DNA from: Candidatus Bathyarchaeota archaeon B23
GTDB lineage: Archaea > Thermoproteota > Bathyarchaeia > TCS64 > B23
Direction of reading: 5' to 3'
Length of the DNA stretch: 26,491 nt
Assembly (NCBI GenBank): GCA_001593875.1
Contig: LUCA01000001.1
Location: forward strand, 1-26,491
Position numbers and translations under genes: made by a program. This document shows, one piece after another, positions 8,241 to 17,478 of the stretch. Numbering within the stretch: the first letter of the stretch is position 1; each line of letters opens with the position of its first letter. The notes under the pieces are model-generated. The model was given only the letters and a program-made list of their open reading frames with translations. It had not been told where the DNA came from and ran no database searches.

Positions 8241-8734
8241 AGCGGTGATGGATCTCCACCACCGGCTCCCCCGCCGAATCCTCAGGCGGGGCAGCTCCCC
8301 CATATCTCACCACCGTCAACCTATATCTCCCCCCTGGCTCAGGGTCCATTCGGAGCAGACCAGCTCCCCCTCAGCACATGGATCCCTCCGTCTCCCCAAG
8401 CCGAGGGCGGCGACCACCTCCTCCACCTCACCCCCCTCAAAGACCCTCTCATAGGTGGGGGGAAACCTCAACTCCACCAGGCCAACCTGGATCAAGGCCT
8501 CTCCGATCCAGGCGTAGAGATCGGCGTCGGAGGCGATCCCGGCGAGGTATTCTATGCCCCAGCGGTGGCGGCATCTGACCTCCACTCGGTAGTAGGCGCA
8601 GGGAGAGCCGGAGAGGGGGGCGTAGAGGGTCCTCTCCGAGTGCACCTCCACCTCGACGGTGGTTCCTCCGGGAGGAGGACCGCGTTGCTTCCATCCTCCA
8701 GCGTCCTACACTCGAGCTCCTCGGGTCTGATCAC
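8218..8734 (-). pseudogene. GIDE-like domain protein split by two apparent 1-nt deletions (pseudogene or assembly error)
   Basis: Adding one G near 8668 and one C near 8336 gives a continuous 172-aa ORF from GTG 8734 to TGA 8218: MIRPEE..PEGTTVEVEVHSERTLYAPLSGSPCAYYRVEV..EWTLSPGGRYRLTVV..FDPLV. The LxAPLSGxPCxYY and EWxLxPG motifs recall GIDE (PF12483). Confidence 0.55.
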
Positions 8735-8735
8735 C

Positions 8736-9095
8736 CTAGACGGTCGCCGACTCGACACGCCACTCGCCATCCACATCTCTCACTAGGGTGATGGGGACCG
8801 GCATCCCCCTCCCCGAGCCGTCGGGGTTCAACCTCTTGAAGAAGAGCTTTATCCTCCCCTCGGCTTCGTCTCCCCTCCTCTCCCCAAGGTGGATCTGCCA
8901 TCTAACTCCATAGCTCTCCACGTATCTCCTCCCCGTCGTCCACCAGAACCAGGGTGTAGCCCCCTTCACATCCATCGACTCTCGATGTTCCCTCGTCAGG
9001 GTCTCCCTCCACAGATCCAGGTCTCCCTCGACCATCGAGTCGTAGAAGAGGGAGGCGACCTCCTCCGGCTCAGCCCCCTTCGGAACTCCTCGCAT
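8736..9095 (-). CDS. Small hypothetical protein, possibly NTF2-like fold
   Basis: GGAGG upstream; host-like codon usage; PEEVASLFY..GD start and C-terminal PITLVRDVDGEWRV strand pattern. Confidence 0.6.
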   Translation of the reverse strand: MRGVPKGAEPEEVASLFYDSMVEGDLDLWRETLTREHRESMDVKGATPWFWWTTGRRYVESYGVRWQIHLGERRGDEAEGRIKLFFKRLNPDGSGRGMPVPITLVRDVDGEWRVESATV

Positions 9096-9153
9096 ATCCT
9101 CCCCTATCTCCCAGCCCTCTAATAACCTTTTAGGTATTCCTAAAGGATTCCCT

Positions 9154-9579
9154 CTACCTCGAGGAGAACCTCAAGAAGAGGATCTTCACCCTCCTATAGG
9201 CCTCCCCGGGGTCCTCCACCCCTGAGACCTCCCTCTCGAAGGGGCAGGGTCCGCCGTCCCTCCCCCTGATATAGTCGGTCTCGACGAGGAAGGAGTAGGG
9301 GACGCCGAATCGGCGGAGAACTCCCTCAGCGCCCCAACTCATCAGGACGGCGTGGACCTCCGAGGCCCCCATGTAGACGGCTACCAGGGCTGCGGCCCTC
9401 CCCACCACCCTGTCGACGACGATGCACCCCCTCAATCTCTCCAGGCCGACGGCCTCCACGGCCTCAACTAGGGGCTTGAGACCTCCCTCCTCGCTGCTGT
9501 AGAGGACTCGCCCCCCCTCCCCATCGTAGATTAGGAGGCTCAGCCCCCTCTCCCTCAGCTCCCTCAGATGGCGGCTCAA
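9154..9579 (-). CDS. DUF1893 (TM1506-like) protein
   Basis: GGLKPL, DRVVGRAAA and C-terminal CPFE motifs. Confidence 0.8.
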   Translation of the reverse strand: MSRHLRELRERGLSLLIYDGEGGRVLYSSEEGGLKPLVEAVEAVGLERLRGCIVVDRVVGRAAALVAVYMGASEVHAVLMSWGAEGVLRRFGVPYSFLVETDYIRGRDGGPCPFEREVSGVEDPGEAYRRVKILFLRFSSR

Positions 9580-9602
9580 CCCATACTCTTAGGGTGGAGC
9601 TC

Positions 9603-10148
9603 TCATTTAGGGGTGACTCCCCTGGCCTCTAAGCCGCCGACGATGGCCACGCCTAGGAGTCCACCTATGACGCCGCCGGCTGCGTGGAGGAGGGCGAAGA
9701 AGAGGACGCCGCCATACCGCCTGGCGAGGAAGACGGGGTTCATGAAGAGGGAGCCTATGATGAGGCCGGCGACGAAGGTGGAGGCGACGGAGATGACGAG
9801 GAGGAGGGCCGACCCCAGACCCCTCCGACTGAGGCTGCCGTAGCCCACAGCCCAGGCGGCGACGTCGAAGAGGATGCTGGCGGCCGTGAAGCCGAGGAAG
9901 TGGAGAGCTCCAGGCCTGAGGAGGAAGTTGAGGACGGTGGCGATCAGCCCCATCAGCGTCGCAGCCCCGAGACGCCTAGTCCACCAGACGGTGAGGATGA
10001 GCAGCGAGGCGGCCAGCATGTCGCAGAGGATGGGGAGATGGGTCAGCCTCCAGAAGATGGGGGCCACCGTCCAGTTGAGGACGCCCCAGAGGGCCGCGAA
10101 GAGGGCGATGGCGGATAGGTCCCTGCTGCTCAGATAGGACACGGTCAT
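9603..10148 (-). CDS. Integral membrane protein, ECF S-component-like (substrate unknown)
   Basis: 181 aa, 5-6 TM helices, N-terminal SSRDLSAIALFAALWGVL resembling the S-component AxxxA helix. Confidence 0.6.
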   Translation of the reverse strand: MTVSYLSSRDLSAIALFAALWGVLNWTVAPIFWRLTHLPILCDMLAASLLILTVWWTRRLGAATLMGLIATVLNFLLRPGALHFLGFTAASILFDVAAWAVGYGSLSRRGLGSALLLVISVASTFVAGLIIGSLFMNPVFLARRYGGVLFFALLHAAGGVIGGLLGVAIVGGLEARGVTPK

Positions 10149-10157
10149 CCCCAGCTA

Positions 10158-10185
10158 TTATTACTATCATTCAAACCAGTAATAC
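10158..10185. promoter_or_regulatory. NikR-like operator TTATTA-N16-TAATAC
   Basis: Inverted repeat with the half-site and 16-bp spacer geometry of the E. coli NikR site GTATGA-N16-TCATAC. Lies between the minus-strand TAAATA box and the ATG at 10148, divergent from hypA. Confidence 0.45.
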
Positions 10186-10276
10186 TATTTAGGGATTTCC
10201 CTCCCCGATGCGGGATCAATAGCCTTAATTTAAGCCCCCTCAATCACGTTAGGGGAATAAGGCCCCGGTGAGGTCT

Positions 10277-10684
10277 ATGCACGAGTGGGCTTTGGCTGAG
10301 GGGGTCGTCGCCGCCGTCTCCAGGATCGCCGAGGAGCAGGGCCTGAGGAGGGTTACCGAGGTGACGGTGAGGATCGGGGAGCTCCAGCAGGTGGATAGGG
10401 AGATCCTCATCTTCGCCATCGATCAGCTGCGCACCCCGGTCATGGGGGATGCCAGGATAATAGTGGAGGAGGCCCCTGCGAGGCTGAGGTGTAGGGTCTG
10501 CAGCCACACCTGGCGCTTCGACCCGGAGGGCCTGGGGGAGGAGGTCTCGGAGGCGATCCACTTCGTCCCCGAGGTGGTCCACGCCTATCTGCGATGCCCC
10601 GGCTGTGGAAGCCCCGACTTCGAGGTGGTGGAGGGCCGAGGAATCTGGCTGGCCTCGGTGAAGGGGTTGAGGGGCGATGGCTGA
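10277..10684 (+). CDS. hypA: Hydrogenase maturation nickel metallochaperone HypA (Thermococcales-like long form)
   Basis: MHEWALA Ni-binding start; two CxxC motifs (CRVC, CPGC); IHFVPEVVHAYL insertion. Confidence 0.93.
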   Translation: MHEWALAEGVVAAVSRIAEEQGLRRVTEVTVRIGELQQVDREILIFAIDQLRTPVMGDARIIVEEAPARLRCRVCSHTWRFDPEGLGEEVSEAIHFVPEVVHAYLRCPGCGSPDFEVVEGRGIWLASVKGLRGDG

Positions 10685-11429
10685 TCCCCGGGTGGAGGTC
10701 ATCGATCGACGCCTCTCCACCATAGATCGCATCATCGCCGTCTCCAGCGGTAAGGGGGGCGTCGGGAAGAGCGTCGTCGCCTCCACCCTAGCCCTCACCC
10801 TCGCCAGGAGGGGGCTGGAGGTGGGACTCCTCGACCTGGACTTCACCTGCCCCACCACCCACCTCATCCTGGGCGTGGAGGACGGGATGCCGGAGGAGGA
10901 GCGGGGCCTACTCCCCCCACGGGTCCAAGGCCTCGAATACCTCTCCCTCGCCTACTACACAAAGGATAGGCCGACGCCCCTCAGGGGCGGAGACATCTCC
11001 AACGCCATAGTAGAGCTCCTCTCCATCACCCGGTGGGGTCAGCTGGCCCTCCTCGTCGTCGATATGCCTCCAGGCATCGGGGACGCCACCCTAGACCTCT
11101 TGAGGCTGATACCCCAGATGGAGTTCCTGGTGGTCACAACGCCCTCCCACATCGCCTTCGAGACCGTGAGGCGTCTCCTAGGGCTGTTAGGCGGCCTGAG
11201 GCGGAGGGTCGTCGGCGTGGTGGAGAACATGGTGATGAACCCCTCAGACTTCGTGGAGGGGGAGGTTGAGGCGATGGGCTTCCCCTACCTCGGCGTCATC
11301 CCCTTCGACCCAGAGCTGGAGGGGACGCTGGGCGACGTGGAGGCCTTGATGGAGACTTCCTTCGCCGAGGCCGTGGGTCGGATAGCCTCAGCTCTCCTTG
11401 ATGAGGAGGCTGAGGGCGAAGGCGATTAG
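10677..11429 (+). CDS. Mrp/NBP35-family ATPase, probably ATPase-type HypB
   Basis: SSGKGGVGKS deviant Walker A, LDLDF, VDMPPG; overlaps hypA by 8 nt, the arrangement known for Thermococcales HypA/HypB. Confidence 0.85.
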   Translation: MADPRVEVIDRRLSTIDRIIAVSSGKGGVGKSVVASTLALTLARRGLEVGLLDLDFTCPTTHLILGVEDGMPEEERGLLPPRVQGLEYLSLAYYTKDRPTPLRGGDISNAIVELLSITRWGQLALLVVDMPPGIGDATLDLLRLIPQMEFLVVTTPSHIAFETVRRLLGLLGGLRRRVVGVVENMVMNPSDFVEGEVEAMGFPYLGVIPFDPELEGTLGDVEALMETSFAEAVGRIASALLDEEAEGEGD

Positions 11430-12533
11430 GGAGAGGAGGGCGAAGAGGTAGAAGGCGTAGTCCATGGAGTATCTCGTCGTCAGGTATCCCGCTAGGGCTG
11501 GAGTGAAGCTTCCGATGCCGTATTTGACGGCGAAGTTGAAGCCGTAGGTGGCCCCCACCGACCTCTTGGGGGAGACGTCGCCCAGGAGGGCGTTGATCGG
11601 CGACTGGGTGAGGTAGAAGGCGAAGCCCAGGAGGGCTAGGAGGAGCAGCATCAGGGGGAGAAAGCCCGGTGCCTGGGTGAGGGTGAGGAGGAGCAGGGAG
11701 TAGGCGGCGAAGCCGAAGAGGATGATGATCCTCCTCCCCCTCCTATCGGAGAGCTCGCCGCCGATGATCTGGGCGATGGAGCCGACGGTGTAGCTGATGG
11801 TGGAGAGGCCTCCGGCGATGAGGAGCTGAACCCCCTTCACCTCGTTGACGTAGGCCAATATGAAGGAGGAGACGCCACTCCAGAGGGCGCCGCTGAGGAT
11901 GACGATGGCGAAGACGATGACCAGCCTCTTAACCTCGATCCCCAGCGAGAGCCAGCCTCCCCCGCCTTCCCCCTCGCCCCCCCTCTCGGGCTCGACGATG
12001 AGGAGGAGGTCTAGGAGGCCGGTGGCGACGCCGATGGCCCCCCATAGGAGGAAGGTCTCCCTCCACCCTATGATGGAGCCGAGGGAGGTGGCGGTGACGT
12101 AGGACAACGCCATCCCGACGAGGCCGCCTAGGCCCTGAATCCCCATGTATCTCCCCCTCGTCCTGGAGGTGTAGAGGGCCATGGCGGCATAGCCCGGCGG
12201 GTGATATAGGCTGGCCCCCAGGCCTAGGAGGATGAGGGAGGCCCCCATCAGCGGCAGCGAGGGGGATAGGGCGATGAGGAGGGAGGAGCCTCCGCAGAGG
12301 AGCATGGAGAGGGCGATCATCAGCCTCTTCTCAGACCTATCGGCCATGAGGCCCACGGGGAGACTTCCCCAGCCGTAGAAGAGGAAGACGAGGGAGATGA
12401 GGGCCCCCAGGAGGGCGTAGCCGCCGATCTCCGCCCTCATCAGGGGGGCGAGAGCCGGCAATAGGACGAGGTAGGCGTGCATCGCCCCATGGGACCAGGC
12501 TATGGCGTAGATGCCGGCCTTCACCTTCTCCAT
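11388..12533 (-). CDS. MFS transporter
   Basis: GLMADRSEKR and GELSDRRGRR motifs; about 12 TM segments; ATG 12533 is the likely start. Confidence 0.88.
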   Translation of the reverse strand: MEKVKAGIYAIAWSHGAMHAYLVLLPALAPLMRAEIGGYALLGALISLVFLFYGWGSLPVGLMADRSEKRLMIALSMLLCGGSSLLIALSPSLPLMGASLILLGLGASLYHPPGYAAMALYTSRTRGRYMGIQGLGGLVGMALSYVTATSLGSIIGWRETFLLWGAIGVATGLLDLLLIVEPERGGEGEGGGGWLSLGIEVKRLVIVFAIVILSGALWSGVSSFILAYVNEVKGVQLLIAGGLSTISYTVGSIAQIIGGELSDRRGRRIIILFGFAAYSLLLLTLTQAPGFLPLMLLLLALLGFAFYLTQSPINALLGDVSPKRSVGATYGFNFAVKYGIGSFTPALAGYLTTRYSMDYAFYLFALLSLIAFALSLLIKES

Positions 12534-12616
12534 AGGCTTCTTAAAGACTCCGCCCACCGCTATAAATCCTTGGCGTCGAAAACCTTCTATGAGGGTGCAT
12601 CGCTGATAGATGGATC

Positions 12617-12823
12617 ATGTCGGCGAAGCTGAGGAGGAGGGCGTTGGAACTCCTCTCTCAGGGCCCCCTCACCCTGAGGGAGCTGGCTGAGGCCCTGGAG
12701 ATCAGCGAGAAGAGGGCCTTCAGGGTGCTGAGATATCTCTTCGAGAAGGGCCTCATCGACGCCTATAGGGATGAGGAGGGGAGGCGACGTTATAGGCCGT
12801 CCTCGGAATCGACCACTTTATAA
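12617..12823 (+). CDS. Small winged helix-turn-helix protein
   Basis: LSQGPLTLRELAEALEISEKRAFRVLRYLFEKGLI HTH pattern. Confidence 0.75.
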   Translation: MSAKLRRRALELLSQGPLTLRELAEALEISEKRAFRVLRYLFEKGLIDAYRDEEGRRRYRPSSESTTL

Positions 12824-12860
12824 GTGGGAGCGTTCTCCTTCAAGGCAACGAGTTGATCCT

Positions 12861-13295
12861 ATGGAGGGGTTCATCGATGAGGAGGGGAGGTGGAACGCCT
12901 CCCTGTCAGCGGGCGAGGCGAGCAGGAGCCTCACCCTCTACCGAGTTAGGGAGCCCCTGAACCTCAAGGGGGAGTTCCTAAAGCTGTTGAGACGCCTACT
13001 GGAGGAGAATGACCACTACGTCGCCGGCGACGTGATGCAGGCGCTCACCTCTCCCGAGGGCGAGGATATGATGGACCTGGCCTTCTTCCTCCTCGTCGTC
13101 GTCTTCGAGGAGGCGGCCGCCAGGGCCTTCGGAAGCCCCCACACCTTCCTCTTCGGCGAGATGGAGGATGGAACCGTCTCCCTCATGGCCTCCGGCGATA
13201 GGGAGATGACGGAGGACTACTTCTTCAAAATCCTGGGCGTCGTCATCGAGAGGCCTGACCTGGTGAGGACCCTACTCATCGCCTACGCCAGCTAG
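12861..13295 (+). CDS. Hypothetical protein (144 aa)
   Basis: Host-like codon usage; fills the gap between the HTH gene and rpiA; no recognised motif. Confidence 0.6.
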   Translation: MEGFIDEEGRWNASLSAGEASRSLTLYRVREPLNLKGEFLKLLRRLLEENDHYVAGDVMQALTSPEGEDMMDLAFFLLVVVFEEAAARAFGSPHTFLFGEMEDGTVSLMASGDREMTEDYFFKILGVVIERPDLVRTLLIAYAS

Positions 13296-13992
13296 CCTCC
13301 AGCCTTCTAACCCCCGCCTTCGTCCCTATGTAGGCCACATCGGCGTAGCCGAGGAAGAGCCCCGTCTCCAGGATGCCTGGAATCCCCCTCAACCTCCCCT
13401 CCAGCCCCTCGGGGTCTTCGAGGGGGCCGAAGTGGGCGTCCACGATGAGGTTGCCGTTCTCCGTCACCACCGGCCCCACCTTTCCACCCCCCATCCTCAC
13501 CGAGGCCTTGGCCCCCATCTCCCTCAGCCTCAGTAGGAGGGGCTTCACCGCCATGGGGTGGACCTCCAGGGGGATGGGGCACCCCTCCCCCAGCCTCCTC
13601 GCCAGCTTCCTCTCATCCGCCACTATGACGTAGAGCTTGGAGCAGGAGGCGACGATCTTCTCCCTCAGAAGCGCCCCTCCCCCACCCTTTATGAGGTTGA
13701 GCCTCCCATCCAGCTGATCTGCGCCGTCGATGGCGACGTCGACGGCGGGGTGCTCCTCCAGCGTCGTGAGGGGGATGCCGGCCTCCACCGCCTCCGTGGC
13801 CGCCTGGAGGCTCGTCGGGACGCCTAGGAGGGTCTTCAACTCCCCCCTCCTCAGCCGCTCGCCCAGGAGCCTTATGGCGTAGGCTGCCGTGCTGCCGCTG
13901 CCGAGGCCCACTATGGAGCCGTCCTCCACGTGCTGGACGGCCTCCTCAGCCGCCCTCCTCTTAGCCTCCTCAACCCAGCTCAAGGAGGTCAC
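13276..13992 (-). CDS. rpiA: Ribose-5-phosphate isomerase A
   Basis: GLGSGST, DGADQLD and KGGGGALLREKIV signature motifs. Confidence 0.96.
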   Translation of the reverse strand: MTSLSWVEEAKRRAAEEAVQHVEDGSIVGLGSGSTAAYAIRLLGERLRRGELKTLLGVPTSLQAATEAVEAGIPLTTLEEHPAVDVAIDGADQLDGRLNLIKGGGGALLREKIVASCSKLYVIVADERKLARRLGEGCPIPLEVHPMAVKPLLLRLREMGAKASVRMGGGKVGPVVTENGNLIVDAHFGPLEDPEGLEGRLRGIPGILETGLFLGYADVAYIGTKAGVRRLEASWRRR

Positions 13993-14660
13993 TACTCCAG
14001 CTCCAGCCTCTCCAGCTCCTCCAGCTCCTTCAGGACTTCTCTCCTCAGCTCCTCCAGCCTCTCCTCCACTCCCACCTCGGCGGGCTTCTCAGCTGGCTTC
14101 TCCTCCGGCACCGCCTCCTTCGGCTTCCTTCTCACCCTCCTGGGAGGCCTCTTCGGCTTCTCCTTCACCCTCTCCAGCTTCAACTCCCGGAGGATGGCGT
14201 CGATCCTCGCCTGGGTCTGGTTGAGCAGCTCATCGAACCGCTTCCTTATATCCTCCCTCAGGGCCTCCAGCTGATGGAGGGTGACGATGAGTTCAGCCCT
14301 CTTAATCTCCTCGTTGACCTTCTTCAGCTCCTCCTCATAATCCTTCGACAGCCTTATGCGCTCCTCCCGGGTGATCTCCCCCTCATCCTCCGCCTCGAAG
14401 AGGCGTTTGAGGGCCATGCTCAGTATCTCCCTCTTCAGGTTGAGGGTCCTGAGCTCCCTCCTCGCCCTCTCCACGTCGCTCCTACCCAGATATCTCGCCG
14501 CCCTGATCTCCGTCGCCACCGAAGTCGGCGGGGGAGAAGGAGAGGGCTCCTCAGCCCTCCTCTCAAAGCCGCCGGTGGCCTTGACGAAGAGGAGGATGGA
14601 GACGACGGCGACGGCGATGGCGCCTAGGCTTAGCAACAGCTCTAGGGGGAGGAGCATCAT
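13992..14660 (-). CDS. Membrane-anchored coiled-coil protein
   Basis: Single N-terminal TM helix, Pro-rich linker, long Glu/Arg/Leu heptad-rich helices; abuts rpiA. Confidence 0.75.
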   Translation of the reverse strand: MMLLPLELLLSLGAIAVAVVSILLFVKATGGFERRAEEPSPSPPPTSVATEIRAARYLGRSDVERARRELRTLNLKREILSMALKRLFEAEDEGEITREERIRLSKDYEEELKKVNEEIKRAELIVTLHQLEALREDIRKRFDELLNQTQARIDAILRELKLERVKEKPKRPPRRVRRKPKEAVPEEKPAEKPAEVGVEERLEELRREVLKELEELERLELE

Positions 14661-14708
14661 CCTTCATCCTCAAATAAAAACCCTCGCTATATAAGCCTGA
14701 GCCCGCCT

Positions 14709-14730
14709 CGACTCCCCGCATCGGGAGTCG
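14709..14730. repeat. Perfect 8-bp inverted repeat CGACTCCC-N6-GGGAGTCG in a divergent promoter region
   Basis: Read directly from the sequence. Confidence 0.6.
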
Positions 14731-14750
14731 ATCAGCCCCCATGGCCCTCA

Positions 14751-14765
14751 AATAAGCTCATTATA
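14751..14765. promoter_or_regulatory. Candidate ThiR operator AATAA-N5-TTATA upstream of thiC
   Basis: The same palindrome recurs before thiW and thiT. Confidence 0.6.
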
Positions 14766-14808
14766 TAACCCATAAATTTATATTGAGACGCATCAGAGGG
14801 AGGGTTGC

Positions 14809-16101
14809 ATGGCAACCCAGATGGAGTTGGCTAAGAGAGGCGTCCTCTCGGAGGAGATGCGATACGTCGCTGAGAGGGAGGGGGTCTCAGCCGACTTCAT
14901 AAGGCGGAGGGTGGCGGAGGGGCGGATCATCATCCCCAAGAACGTCGCCAGGGAGCTCCCTCCCCTCGGCATCGGGGAGGGTCTCCGGGTGAAGGTGAAC
15001 GCCAACATAGGGACTTCGAGGGATCTCTGCGACGTCGACCGGGAGTTGAGGAAGGCGGAGGTGGCGGTGGAGGCAGGCGCCGACACCCTCATGGATCTAA
15101 GCACCGGTGGAGACCTCGATGAGATTCGTAGGAGAATCCTGAGGGAGGTGGAGGTTCCCCTGGGAACCGTGCCCATCTATCAGGCCGCCGTAGAGGCCCA
15201 GATGAGGCATGGGGCGATCATCAACATGACGGAGGACGACATCTTCAACGTCATAGAGCGGCATGCCCGGGATGGCGTGGACTTCATGACCGTCCACTGC
15301 GGCGTAACGAAGGAGAGCGTCGAGAGGGTCATCCGCCAGAATCGCCTCCTCGGCATAGTGAGCCGTGGAGGCACCTTCCTGACGGCGTGGATCCTCCACA
15401 ACGGGGAGGAGAACCCCCTCTACACCAACTACGACTACCTCCTGGAGATCGCCGAGGAGTATGACGTGACCCTCAGCCTCGGCGACGGCCTGAGACCGGG
15501 GTGTATACATGACGCGACGGATGCTCCGCAGCTCCAGGAGCTCCTCATCCTAGGGGAGCTCGTCGACCGCGCCAGGGAGAGGGGCGTCCAGACGATGGTG
15601 GAGGGCCCGGGGCATCTCCCCCTGGATCACATCGAGGCGAATGTGAGGCTGGAGAAGACCCTCTGTAAGGGAGCCCCCTTCTACGTCTTGGGCCCCCTGG
15701 TGACCGATGTGGCCCCCGGATACGATCACATCGTCGGGGCCATAGGGGGAGCGCTCGCCGCCATGGCCGGCGCCGACTTCCTCTGCTACGTCACCCCCAG
15801 CGAGCACCTCGCCCTCCCCGATGTGGAGGATGTGAGGGAGGGCGTCATAGCCGCCAGGATCGCAGCCCACGCCGCCGACTTGGTGAGGAGGAGGGAGCTC
15901 CACGCCCGGTGGGACTATGAGATCTCCAAGGCTCGGGCGGATCTAGATTGGGAGAGGCATCTCAAGCTGGCCCTAGACCCCGTGAGGGCGAGGAGGATCC
16001 GGGAGGAGAGGGCTCCGGGGCGGGGGGAGGTCTGCACCATGTGCGGCGAGTTCTGCGCCATAAAGCTGTTGAGGGAGTATCTCCTCCACGCTGAGCATTA
16101 G
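14809..16101 (+). CDS. thiC: Phosphomethylpyrimidine synthase ThiC
   Basis: [52 protein letters not shown] and C-terminal CTMCGEFC motifs. Confidence 0.97.
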   Translation: MATQMELAKRGVLSEEMRYVAEREGVSADFIRRRVAEGRIIIPKNVARELPPLGIGEGLRVKVNANIGTSRDLCDVDRELRKAEVAVEAGADTLMDLSTGGDLDEIRRRILREVEVPLGTVPIYQAAVEAQMRHGAIINMTEDDIFNVIERHARDGVDFMTVHCGVTKESVERVIRQNRLLGIVSRGGTFLTAWILHNGEENPLYTNYDYLLEIAEEYDVTLSLGDGLRPGCIHDATDAPQLQELLILGELVDRARERGVQTMVEGPGHLPLDHIEANVRLEKTLCKGAPFYVLGPLVTDVAPGYDHIVGAIGGALAAMAGADFLCYVTPSEHLALPDVEDVREGVIAARIAAHAADLVRRRELHARWDYEISKARADLDWERHLKLALDPVRARRIREERAPGRGEVCTMCGEFCAIKLLREYLLHAEH

Positions 16102-16106
16102 GCGAG

Positions 16107-17468
16107 GTGGTGGAGTTGGTCAGGCTGCCCTGCGTCCTCACCATAGCCGGCTCGGACTCCGGCGGCGGGGCGGGTGTCCAGGCTGATCTAAAGACCCTCG
16201 CAGCCCTAGGCGTCCATGGCATGGCGGCCATAACGGCCATCACGGCTCAGAACACCCTCGGCCTACGCCGGATAGAGGCCGTCGCCCCCGAGATGGTGCG
16301 GGAGCAGATAGAGGCGGTGGCCAGCGATATCGGCGTCGACGCCGGGAAGACGGGCATGCTCTACACCTCAGGCATCGTGGAGGTGGTGGCGGAGGAGGTG
16401 GAGAGGCATAGATTCCCCCTCGTCGTCGACCCCGTGATGAGGGCGAAGGACGGCTCCAGGCTTCTCGAACCCGAGGCGGAGGAGACGCTCATCGAGCGGC
16501 TGCTGCCCCTCGCCGCCGTCGTGACGCCCAACGCCCAGGAGGCGGAGGCCCTCTCAGGCATCAAGGTCGAGACGCTGGAGGATGGGAGGAGGGCGGCGGA
16601 GAGGATCATGGCCCTCGGCCCGGAGGCGGTGGTGGTGAAGGGAGGACACATCGAGGCCGGGGGGAGGGCCATCGACCTCCTCCTCCACCGGGGGGAGCTC
16701 ACCCTCCTGGAGGCCGAGAGGATAGATGCCAAAACCACCCATGGGACGGGCTGTAGCTTCTCGGCGGCCATCGCCGCCGAGCTGGCGAAGGGCAGAACCA
16801 TACCGGAGGCCGTCGAGACAGCGAAGAGCCTCGTCACCCTCGCCATCAGATACGGCATCGAGATAGGCCACGGATACGGCCCCATCAACCCCCTGGCCCC
16901 TCTCTACAACGAGGCTGAGAGATACTCGGTGCTGAGGAGCGTGGCGGAGGCGGTGAGGCTCCTCGAGGCCCATCCAGAGACGGCCGAGCTGACTCCGGAG
17001 GTGCAGATCAACCTCGGGATGGCCCTACCCCACGCCGTGGATCCCAGCGATGTGGCGGCGATCAGGGGGCGCATCGTGAAGATGGACGGCGGCGTCAAGG
17101 CCTCGGGATGCCCCGAGTTCGGCGCATCGAGGCATGTGGCGAGGGTCATCTTCACGGCCATGCGATACGATCCGGAGAGGAGGGCTGCGATGAACATCAG
17201 ATACTCGGAGGAGACGTTGAGGATCTGCCGGGAGCTGGGCCTCTCCGTCTCCTTCTATGATCGACGGGAGGAGCCCCCGGAGATCAAGGGGCGGGAGGGG
17301 ATGTCCACCATCTGGGGCGTTGAGCAGGCGGTGAGGCGATTCGGAGGGCTGCCCGACGTCATCTATCACCTGGGGGACGTCGGCAAGGAGCCTATGATCC
17401 TCCTCCTGGGGAGGACCGCCGTGGAGGTGGCTGAGAGGGCGATAGAGATCGCCGGGAGGCTCGCCTAA
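16107..17468 (+). CDS. thiDN: Bifunctional HMP/HMP-P kinase - thiamine-phosphate synthase ThiD-ThiN
   Basis: [34 protein letters not shown] (ThiD), followed by a ThiN domain ([32 protein letters not shown]). Confidence 0.95.
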   Translation: MVELVRLPCVLTIAGSDSGGGAGVQADLKTLAALGVHGMAAITAITAQNTLGLRRIEAVAPEMVREQIEAVASDIGVDAGKTGMLYTSGIVEVVAEEVERHRFPLVVDPVMRAKDGSRLLEPEAEETLIERLLPLAAVVTPNAQEAEALSGIKVETLEDGRRAAERIMALGPEAVVVKGGHIEAGGRAIDLLLHRGELTLLEAERIDAKTTHGTGCSFSAAIAAELAKGRTIPEAVETAKSLVTLAIRYGIEIGHGYGPINPLAPLYNEAERYSVLRSVAEAVRLLEAHPETAELTPEVQINLGMALPHAVDPSDVAAIRGRIVKMDGGVKASGCPEFGASRHVARVIFTAMRYDPERRAAMNIRYSEETLRICRELGLSVSFYDRREEPPEIKGREGMSTIWGVEQAVRRFGGLPDVIYHLGDVGKEPMILLLGRTAVEVAERAIEIAGRLA

Positions 17469-17478
17469 GGGGGAGGCC

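Noticed and set aside
13992-14660. CdvA/ESCRT cell-division gene
   Set aside because: No PRC-barrel, and no adjacent cdvB or cdvC; only generic coiled-coil similarity.
14661-14808. TPP riboswitch upstream of thiC
   Set aside because: No CUGAGA or other TPP aptamer core; a protein operator explains the regulation better.
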